Shown piece after piece: positions 6,400-12,909 of a stretch of 12,909 nt of DNA (position 1 is the stretch's first letter; each line of letters opens with the position of its first letter). The stretch is from Vulcanimicrobiota bacterium (GTDB lineage Bacteria; Vulcanimicrobiota; Vulcanimicrobiia; Vulcanimicrobiales; Vulcanimicrobiaceae). Where the stretch lies: NCBI GenBank assembly GCA_003135555.1, contig PLCF01000028.1, positions 1 through 12,909 of the forward strand, written 5' to 3'. The translations under genes were made by a program, and so were the position numbers. The notes under the pieces are model-generated. The model saw only the letters and a list, made by a program, of their open reading frames with translations, made no database searches and had not been told where the DNA came from.

Positions 6400-7884
6400 A
6401 TGAGTCGGAGTCAGCGCGCGATGTTGGCTGCGGTGGTCGTCGCCATGGCGGTCAGCGCGTGCGGTAAGGGTGGGGGCGGCAGCGGCCGCGGCGGATCGCC
6501 GCCGCTGGCGGTCGACGTTGCCAAGGCGCAGCGCCAAGACATCGCCACCTTCGTCACCCTCGACGGCCAGATCGCTCCGGTGCAAGAGGCGACGCTGAGC
6601 TCGCCGCAATCGGGCAACGTCGCCGCGGTGTACGTCAACGAGGGCCAGCACGTCTCGAGCGGCCAGGTCTTGGCCAAGCTCGACGATTCGACGCTGCGCG
6701 CTTCGCTGGCGCAACAGGTGGCGGTGGTGCAGCAACAGTCCGCGCAGCTCGGATCGGCCAACCTGCAAGCGCCTGTCACCGCCGCACAAGCGTCGAATAC
6801 GGTCGTCACCGCGCAGCAACAGTTGGCGCAGGCTCGCAACGCCGTGCAGACGGCGCAGGCCGCGTACGAGAGCGCGCTTTCGACCTACAACGCCGACAAG
6901 CAGCTCCTCACGGAAGGCTACGTCGCTCAGACGCAGTACGAACAGGCGCGCTCGCAGTACGTGCAAGCGCAACAGGCGCTCAACAGCGCGCGCGAGTCGC
7001 AGCGCCAAGCGATAACGGCGCTCCAATACGCGCAGACGCAAGGCCGCAACATGATGCCGATCCAAGGGCAGCAGATCGCGGTCAACCGCGGTCAGCTCGC
7101 TGCGGCGCAGGCGCAAGTACGGCTGCTCGAGACCGAGATCGCGCAAACCAGCATCACCGCCCCGTTCAACGGCGTGGTGACGCAGCGGCTGCTCGACCCC
7201 GGTGCGTTCGCCGGCCCCAACCAGCCCGTCGTGCGCGTATCGCAGATCGACACCGTGTACGTGAACGTCAACGTCCCCGACGACGATCTTCCGTACGTGC
7301 ACACCGGCACGCCGGTCACCTTCAGCACGTCGAGCATCGGGAACGCGGCGTACAAAGCCGCGGTCATGGACGTCAACGCGACGCCGACGCAAGGCACGCT
7401 GTCGTACCGCGCCCGCGTTCGCGTCCCCAACCCCAACGATCGGTTGCGCGGCGGCATGCTGGTGAGCGTCACCGTGCGCAAGGAGCTGCATCGCGGCGCG
7501 GTCGTCGTGCCGCGCACGGCCGTGTTCCAGTCCGACACCGGCGCGAACGTCTATACCGTCGCCGAGCTGCCGCCGGCGGCTCCGGGCGCGCCCGGAGCAC
7601 CGGGTGGTGCCGCAGCGGGGGGCGCCGCACCGGGTGGTGCCGCTTCGGGCGGCGCGCGCGGTGCGGCCGGCGGCGGCCCGCCGGGTCCGCCACCTCCCCG
7701 CTTGATGAAGGCCAAGCAGATCCCGGTGCAGATCGGTCTGCAAACCGATACGCTCACCGAGATCGTCAGCGCGCAGGTGCATCCCGGAACGACCGTGATC
7801 ACGACGCGTCCCGACGCCTTGACGGATAACAGCACCGTCGCGATCACGCCGCCCGCCGGCGGACGTCGGCGCGGGGCGCAGTGA
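6400..7884 (+). CDS. Efflux periplasmic adaptor (membrane fusion protein), lipoprotein
   Basis: 494 aa. AAGGAG SD; lipobox VSA-C21; lipoyl halves SGNVAAVYVNEGQHVSSGQVLAKLD and SITAPFNGVVT; long Gln/Ala helical hairpin; PNPNDRLRGGM and AVVVPRTAV motifs. Confidence 0.92.
   Translation: MSRSQRAMLAAVVVAMAVSACGKGGGGSGRGGSPPLAVDVAKAQRQDIATFVTLDGQIAPVQEATLSSPQSGNVAAVYVNEGQHVSSGQVLAKLDDSTLRASLAQQVAVVQQQSAQLGSANLQAPVTAAQASNTVVTAQQQLAQARNAVQTAQAAYESALSTYNADKQLLTEGYVAQTQYEQARSQYVQAQQALNSARESQRQAITALQYAQTQGRNMMPIQGQQIAVNRGQLAAAQAQVRLLETEIAQTSITAPFNGVVTQRLLDPGAFAGPNQPVVRVSQIDTVYVNVNVPDDDLPYVHTGTPVTFSTSSIGNAAYKAAVMDVNATPTQGTLSYRARVRVPNPNDRLRGGMLVSVTVRKELHRGAVVVPRTAVFQSDTGANVYTVAELPPAAPGAPGAPGGAAAGGAAPGGAASGGARGAAGGGPPGPPPPRLMKAKQIPVQIGLQTDTLTEIVSAQVHPGTTVITTRPDALTDNSTVAITPPAGGRRRGAQ
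7597..7643 (+). repeat. 17-bp direct repeat (GCACCGGGTGGTGCCGC x2, 30-bp period) inside the adaptor gene
   Basis: Identical copies at 7597-7613 and 7627-7643, encoding APGGAA units in a Gly/Ala/Pro-rich insertion. Confidence 0.85.
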
Positions 7885-9494
7885 TGCGCTCGTTCGTCGT
7901 GTCGCGCGCGCTTGCCGGCGTCGCGCTAACCGCGCTCGCCCTCGCGTCGGCGCCCGCGTTCGCGCAGTCACCGCCCGCGCCGGGCCCGGTCGCGACGCCG
8001 CTGGCGACGCCCGCCGCGACGCCGCGGCCCGCCGCGACGACGCCTCCGCGCCCCGGGTCGACCGCGACCCCGGCTCCGACCGGCGGCTCCGCCGCGATCA
8101 ACGCGACCGCGATCCCGGAGCTGCTGCCGGCCGATCAGTCTTCGCCGCTGCCGTATCCGGCGTACGGGACCCCGGCGCCGGTATCCGAGGTGCGCGTCGC
8201 CCCGGGCGTACCGCAGGTCATCACGCTGCCGCAAGCCGTGCTCATCGCCTATGCTCGCTCACCGGTACTCGCCTCGGCGCGCGCCGACGTCGCGATCGCC
8301 AGCGCCCCGGTCGGGTTGGCGCAGAGCGCCCTGTTCCCCGCGCTGAGCGGGAGCGCGGGGGTTACCCGTGCGCATCGCCAGCCCTCGGCGACCGCGACCA
8401 CCAGCCCGTCGGGCACCACGCCAACCGCCGGGAGTCCGAACACCACCACGAACAGCCTGTCGCTCACGCTGCAACAACTGATCTTTGACGGGGGCCGCGT
8501 CGCCGCGCAGATTCGCGGCGCGCGCGCGTCGCAGTCCGCATCGATCGCGACGTATCAGCGCCAGCTGCAGACCGTCGCGTTCAACGTCGCGACGGCGTAC
8601 TACAACACGCTGTCGGCGCAGCGGCAAACGCGCGTCGCGCTCACGACCGTGCAGCTCGACCAAGTTCAGGAGAACCTCGTGTCCGCGCAGATCCGCGCGG
8701 GGACCGCGGCGCGAACCGATCTCTCAACCGCGCAGTTGCCGACGGCGCAGGCGCGGGTTGCGGTGATTCGCTTGCAGGCGGCCGAGCAAGTCGAGCTTGC
8801 GACCTTCGCCAACACGCTGGGGCTCGATGCCGACATCGCCGTTCAACCCAAGGACGATGTTCCGGCCGTCAGCGCTACGGCCGGGACGCTCGCCCTCATG
8901 CCGGCGTTTCCCACGCCGTCGTATCAGCAAGCCGTCACCCGCGCGTTGGCGCTGCGGCCCGATCTCACGGCCCAGCAGCAAGACGTCATCGCGAACCGGG
9001 AGAACGTACGGGCCGCGCGCCTGGGCCTGTTCCCCAACCTCAACGGAAACGCGTCGTACGGTACCTCCTCGACCGATCCGTCCGGGGGAACCTTCCGCAA
9101 CGCCGGCCAGGTCGGCGTCGTGCTGGCCGTCCCGATCTTCGACCGCGGGGTGACGCGGGCGCAGACGGCCCAGGCGCAAGGGCAGCTCGACCGTTCGCTC
9201 GCGCAGTTGCAGATCGCGCAGCAGGGCGTTCAGCTCAACGTCCGGACGGCGCTGGTCAACCTCGTCTCCGCATACGCCGCGCTCGACCAGACCAACGCCG
9301 AGTTGGCCAAGGCGCAAGAGGTGCTGCGTGCGACGCAGGCTCAGTATCGGGCCGGTGTCACCACGCTGCCGCTGCTGCTCAACGCGCAGGTCGGGATCAC
9401 GCAGGCGCTCACCGACGAGGTCACTGCGGTCTACACCGTGCGCCAGGCGGAGCAAGCGCTGCTCTTCGCGGAGGGCACGAACGGCGCCGGGTGA
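7881..9494 (+). CDS. TolC-family outer-membrane efflux protein
   Basis: 537 aa; start GTG 7881 or ATG 7884 overlapping the adaptor stop (GTGATG). Signal peptide, Pro/Thr/Ala-rich N-terminal extension, and two OEP repeats (ALFPALSGS...LQQLIFDGG...VATAYY; ALALRPDL...GLFPNLNG...LAVPIFDRG...QYRAGVTTLPLLLNAQ). Confidence 0.92.
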   Translation: MMRSFVVSRALAGVALTALALASAPAFAQSPPAPGPVATPLATPAATPRPAATTPPRPGSTATPAPTGGSAAINATAIPELLPADQSSPLPYPAYGTPAPVSEVRVAPGVPQVITLPQAVLIAYARSPVLASARADVAIASAPVGLAQSALFPALSGSAGVTRAHRQPSATATTSPSGTTPTAGSPNTTTNSLSLTLQQLIFDGGRVAAQIRGARASQSASIATYQRQLQTVAFNVATAYYNTLSAQRQTRVALTTVQLDQVQENLVSAQIRAGTAARTDLSTAQLPTAQARVAVIRLQAAEQVELATFANTLGLDADIAVQPKDDVPAVSATAGTLALMPAFPTPSYQQAVTRALALRPDLTAQQQDVIANRENVRAARLGLFPNLNGNASYGTSSTDPSGGTFRNAGQVGVVLAVPIFDRGVTRAQTAQAQGQLDRSLAQLQIAQQGVQLNVRTALVNLVSAYAALDQTNAELAKAQEVLRATQAQYRAGVTTLPLLLNAQVGITQALTDEVTAVYTVRQAEQALLFAEGTNGAG

Positions 9495-9506
9495 ACTCCC
9501 GGCGGG

Positions 9507-10640
9507 ATGACTCCGACGCTCCCGGTCTGGATCGACGATCCGACCAACGCGGCGATCCTGGCGGTGGCCGAGGATCGCCTGACGGGCTTTCAACTCGACC
9601 CGTTCGGTGAGATCGCCGCACGCAGCGGGCTCGACATCGCGACGGTCCTCGACAGGGTCGCCGCGATGTTGCGTTCCGGGACGATTCGGCGCGTGCGCCA
9701 GACGTTGATGGCGACCAACCTCGCCGACGGCGCGCTGTGCGCCTGGCAAGTCCCACCCGAGCGCCTCGACGACGCGTTCGCCTGGCTCTTCCGCGAGGAC
9801 CCGTTCTCGGGTCACGTCGTGATCCGTACCACCGACAACGCGACCGCGGGTTCCAACTATCGCCTGTGGACGACGCTCAAGGTTCCGCAAGGCTTCGCAC
9901 TCGAGAAGCACGCGCGGTTTCTCGCCGCGACGATCGGCGCCCAAGCCCATCGGCTCATGCCGGCGAAGGCGCTCTTCGCGCTGGGCGTCGGTCACGTCCG
10001 GCGGCGCGGGCTGGAGCCCGGTGCGCGTGCCGCCGAACCGGCCGAAGTGAAGGACACGAAGATCGTCGAGCTCGATGCGCTGGAATGGCGGGTGCTGACC
10101 GCGATCAAACGCGAGTTCGCGCTCGACGAGATCGTGCGCGACGTCTGGGCCGGGCGGGCGCGCGAAGCCGGCGTTTCGCTCGAGGAGTTCGAGCGCGTGG
10201 GCACGGCGCTCGGCGCGAAGGGCGTCATCGGGCGGTTCTCGACCTTTCTCGAGCACGTGAAGCCGCAGCAGCAAGCCGGCGGACGCAGCGTGACGCGCTA
10301 CAACGCGCTCTTCCACTGGAAGGTGCCGCGCGGCCGCGAGCTCGACGCCGGGCGCGAAGTCGGCCGCCACTACATCATGACCCACGCCTACTGGCGTGAA
10401 GGCGGCCCGGAATTCAAGGGCGTCAACATCATGGGCGTCGCGCACGGGATGGAGAAGGACGCGGTCTTGGCGCACAAGGCCGCGATCGACGAGCATTTGC
10501 GCGAGGCTGGGATCGAGTTCGACTACACCAACGTATTCTGGGGCGGGCGCAGCGAGATCAAGCCGTCGGAGATCGCGCCCGCCGCATACCTCGAGTTCTG
10601 CGCGCGGCACAAACTCGATCCGGAGGCGATGCGTTCATGA
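9507..10640 (+). CDS. Lrp/AsnC-like protein with two tandem units; fused AhbA/AhbB (NirD/L/G/H) siroheme decarboxylase-like
   Basis: 377 aa with two wHTH + alpha/beta repeats (DPFGEIAARSGLDIATVLDRVAAMLRSGTIRRV; DVWAGRAREAGVSLEEF...GVIGRFSTFL). HxYxR motif THAYWR (10383-10397) and variant GHVVIR (9813-9827); YRLWTTL and NIMGVAH match the YNL(W/F)xMxH-type segments. Confidence 0.72.
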   Translation: MTPTLPVWIDDPTNAAILAVAEDRLTGFQLDPFGEIAARSGLDIATVLDRVAAMLRSGTIRRVRQTLMATNLADGALCAWQVPPERLDDAFAWLFREDPFSGHVVIRTTDNATAGSNYRLWTTLKVPQGFALEKHARFLAATIGAQAHRLMPAKALFALGVGHVRRRGLEPGARAAEPAEVKDTKIVELDALEWRVLTAIKREFALDEIVRDVWAGRAREAGVSLEEFERVGTALGAKGVIGRFSTFLEHVKPQQQAGGRSVTRYNALFHWKVPRGRELDAGREVGRHYIMTHAYWREGGPEFKGVNIMGVAHGMEKDAVLAHKAAIDEHLREAGIEFDYTNVFWGGRSEIKPSEIAPAAYLEFCARHKLDPEAMRS

Positions 10641-12304
10641 TCCGCCGTCTGCTCGCAACCGTCGCCGTCGCGACGCTGGCGCTGTGCGCGTGCACGAAGG
10701 TCGGCGATACCGGCGCTTCCTCCCAAGCCGGCGGCGCGAACGCGCCGGGCGGGGTGCATGCCGATCGCTTGGTCATCGCGACGGCTTCCGACCCGCGCAA
10801 TCTCAACCCGGCGCTCGCGTCGGCGCAGCCGGTGCTCGAACTGTCGGCGTTCCTGTTCTCGTACACGGTCCGCTACGACGACCACGCGAACCCCGTCCCC
10901 GACGCGCTCAGCGAGATCCCGACGCTCGAGAACGGCGGAGTGAGCCGCGACGGCCTCACGCTCACCTACAAGCTGCGCCACAACATCAAGTGGCACGACG
11001 GTCAGCCGTTGACGTGCCGGGACTTGGCCTTCACCTGGAAAGTGATGATCAATCCCAAGAACAACGTGGTCACCACCGACGGCTGGAAGGACATCAAGAA
11101 CGTCGACTGCAGCGACCCCTACGTCGCCGTCGTACACATGAAGAAAGTCTACGCGCCGTTTTTGCAGCAGCTCTGGAGCGTCAACGGCAACGGGCCGATC
11201 CTGCCCGAACACATCCTCGCCCAGTACAACGATGACAAGGGCAGCTTCAACACCGCACCCTACAACTCGGCGCCGATCGGCAGTGGGCCCTACAAGTTCG
11301 TGGCCTGGGAACGTGCCAGCCAAGTGCGCTTCGAGGCCAATCCGGACTACTTCTTGGGCAAGCCGAAGATCCGCGAGTTGATCTACAAGATCATCCCGGA
11401 CGGCAACACGCTGGCGACCCAAGTGCAGACGCACGAAGTGGACGTGGCCTGGAACATCCCCGCCGTCGCCTACGACCGCGTGAAGAGCGTCCCCGGCGTC
11501 GCGGTCATCACGCCCGTCGTCTACATCTACGATCACATCGACTTCAACCTCAAGCGCCCGCTGTTCGCCGACGTGCGCGTGCGGCGGGCGCTGGCGTTTG
11601 CGATCGACCGCAAGGCGCTGCTCGAGAAGGTTCAGCATGGGCTGGGCGAGCTCACCGATACCTTTGAGTGCAAGGCGCTGTACCCGCAGTCATACGCCGA
11701 CGATGTCATGAAGTATCCCTACGATCCCGACAAAGCCAAGGCGCTCCTCGACGAGGCGGGCTGGACGGCCGGTCCGGGCGGCGTGCGCGTGAAGGACGGC
11801 CAGCGGCTGTCGTTCACGATCTCGACGCAGAGCGAGTCGACGACGGGCAAGAACAACCAGGCTCAGGTGCAGACCTATTGGCGCGCAGTCGGCGCCGAAG
11901 CGATCGTGAAGAACTACCCGACCTCGCTGTTCTTCGACAACACCGCCAACGGCATTCTCCAAGGCGGCAAGTACGACGTCGCGCTCTTCGCGTGGGGCGG
12001 GGCCGCCGACATCGATCAAGGGGCGATCTACTCCGCGCACTATCTGGCACCCAAGGGGCAGAACGCGCTCTTCTGGTCCAACGCGCGAGCGACGCAGGCG
12101 ATGGACGATGCCAACCTCACCGTCGATCAGAAGCGCCGCATCGCCGATTACCACGTCGTGCAGGCGGAGTTCGCCCAGGACGTGCCGTCGATCATCCTGT
12201 GGTTCCGTCGTGAGGTCATCACGCGCGACGAACGCCTCAAGGGATTCACCGCGACCCCGGTGATCACCGTACCGTTCTGGAACACCTGGGAGTACAGCTT
12301 CTGA
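10637..12304 (+). CDS. ABC transporter solute-binding protein, family 5 (OppA/DppA-like), probable lipoprotein
   Basis: 555 aa; ATGA overlap with the upstream stop; lipobox-like LCA-C; motifs SRDGLTLTYKLRHNIKWHDGQPLTCRD, PIGSGPYKF, FEANPDYFLGKPKI, FADVRVRRALAFAIDR and YDPDKAKALLDEAGW. Confidence 0.95.
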   Translation: MIRRLLATVAVATLALCACTKVGDTGASSQAGGANAPGGVHADRLVIATASDPRNLNPALASAQPVLELSAFLFSYTVRYDDHANPVPDALSEIPTLENGGVSRDGLTLTYKLRHNIKWHDGQPLTCRDLAFTWKVMINPKNNVVTTDGWKDIKNVDCSDPYVAVVHMKKVYAPFLQQLWSVNGNGPILPEHILAQYNDDKGSFNTAPYNSAPIGSGPYKFVAWERASQVRFEANPDYFLGKPKIRELIYKIIPDGNTLATQVQTHEVDVAWNIPAVAYDRVKSVPGVAVITPVVYIYDHIDFNLKRPLFADVRVRRALAFAIDRKALLEKVQHGLGELTDTFECKALYPQSYADDVMKYPYDPDKAKALLDEAGWTAGPGGVRVKDGQRLSFTISTQSESTTGKNNQAQVQTYWRAVGAEAIVKNYPTSLFFDNTANGILQGGKYDVALFAWGGAADIDQGAIYSAHYLAPKGQNALFWSNARATQAMDDANLTVDQKRRIADYHVVQAEFAQDVPSIILWFRREVITRDERLKGFTATPVITVPFWNTWEYSF

Positions 12305-12909
12305 GCGTCAGGGCCGCCGCGCTGGCGCTCGCGCTGTGCGCGGCCGTGCTTCCCGGCGCATCCGGCGCGCAGGGAGCGCGGCATCCATATACCGTGCCGC
12401 ACGTGCTGCGCTATGCGACCGGTGAGGACGTGGTGGGGCTCAACCCGCACCTCGCACAGCAGTTCACCTTGTCGTTCATGAGCTCGCTGACGATGGCGTG
12501 GCTGGTGCGCTACGATCGGCGCAACAACCCGGTGCCGGAGCTGGCGACCGCGGTGCCGACGCGCGTGAACGGCGGCGTCTCGGCCGACGGCAAGACGATC
12601 ACCTATCACCTGCGGCACGACGCGAAATGGTCCGACGGCGTGCCGTTCACCGCCGACGACGTGCGCTTCTCGGTCGACGTCGTGCGCAACCCCAAGAACA
12701 ACGAGGGGACGCACCTGGGGTTCGACCTCGTCGAAAGCGTCGCCACTCCCGATCTGTATACCGTCGTCTTCCACCTCAGCCGAGCGTACAGCGGTTTCTA
12801 CGTCAACTTCTTCAGCTCGGGCGGCGGGAACCCGTGCATTCTACCTAAGCACCTGCTGGGCGACCTACAGACGATCAACGAGGCTCCCTACAACGCGCTG
12901 CCGGTCGGC
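12301..12909 (+). CDS. Second family-5 ABC solute-binding protein, partial (runs off the window), probable CTG start
   Basis: Not in the ORF track. The frame is open from 12301: LSVRAAALALALCAAVLPGASGAQGARHPYTVPHVLRYATGEDVVGLNPHL...NPVPELATAVPTRVNGGVSADGKTITYHLRHDAKWSDGVPFTADDV...ILPKHLLG...APYNALPVG. It is clearly paralogous to the upstream SBP. Confidence 0.88.
   Translation, partial: MSVRAAALALALCAAVLPGASGAQGARHPYTVPHVLRYATGEDVVGLNPHLAQQFTLSFMSSLTMAWLVRYDRRNNPVPELATAVPTRVNGGVSADGKTITYHLRHDAKWSDGVPFTADDVRFSVDVVRNPKNNEGTHLGFDLVESVATPDLYTVVFHLSRAYSGFYVNFFSSGGGNPCILPKHLLGDLQTINEAPYNALPVG

Noticed and set aside
6283..10610. Long antisense ORFs 6283..7971 and 8724..10610 (also 3319..4605, 10523..11638, 439..1056 and similar)
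   Set aside because: Shadow ORFs expected opposite real genes in GC-rich DNA, with no recognisable motifs.

Overview
GC-rich bacterial chromosomal window with 12 credible CDSs (two truncated at the edges) and no mobile elements, CRISPR, tRNA or rRNA that I can see. Left to right: phosphodiester glycosidase (NAGPA-like, partial, -); LolA-fold secreted protein (+); DUF4337 membrane protein (-) coupled to a carbon-nitrogen hydrolase with a degenerate second domain (-); secreted helical/TPR-like hypothetical protein (+); shared terminator hairpin; secreted copper-amine-oxidase-N ('stalk') domain + Pro/Thr linker + probable outer-membrane beta-barrel protein (-); about 200 nt of strongly self-complementary intergenic sequence resembling a 6S-type rod RNA; FlK-like thioesterase (-). 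These are followed by a tightly coupled + strand run: efflux periplasmic adaptor, TolC-family protein, fused AhbA/AhbB (NirDL)-like Lrp/AsnC protein and two family-5 ABC solute-binding proteins. The gene content points to a diderm organism, and by recollection resembles Eremiobacterota (inference only). The most interesting items are the unannotated structured RNA candidate, the stalk-plus-barrel envelope protein, the adaptor/TolC pair without a pump next to an orphan siroheme-decarboxylase-like gene, and a probable CTG start codon. All family calls come from motif recognition by eye, not database searches.
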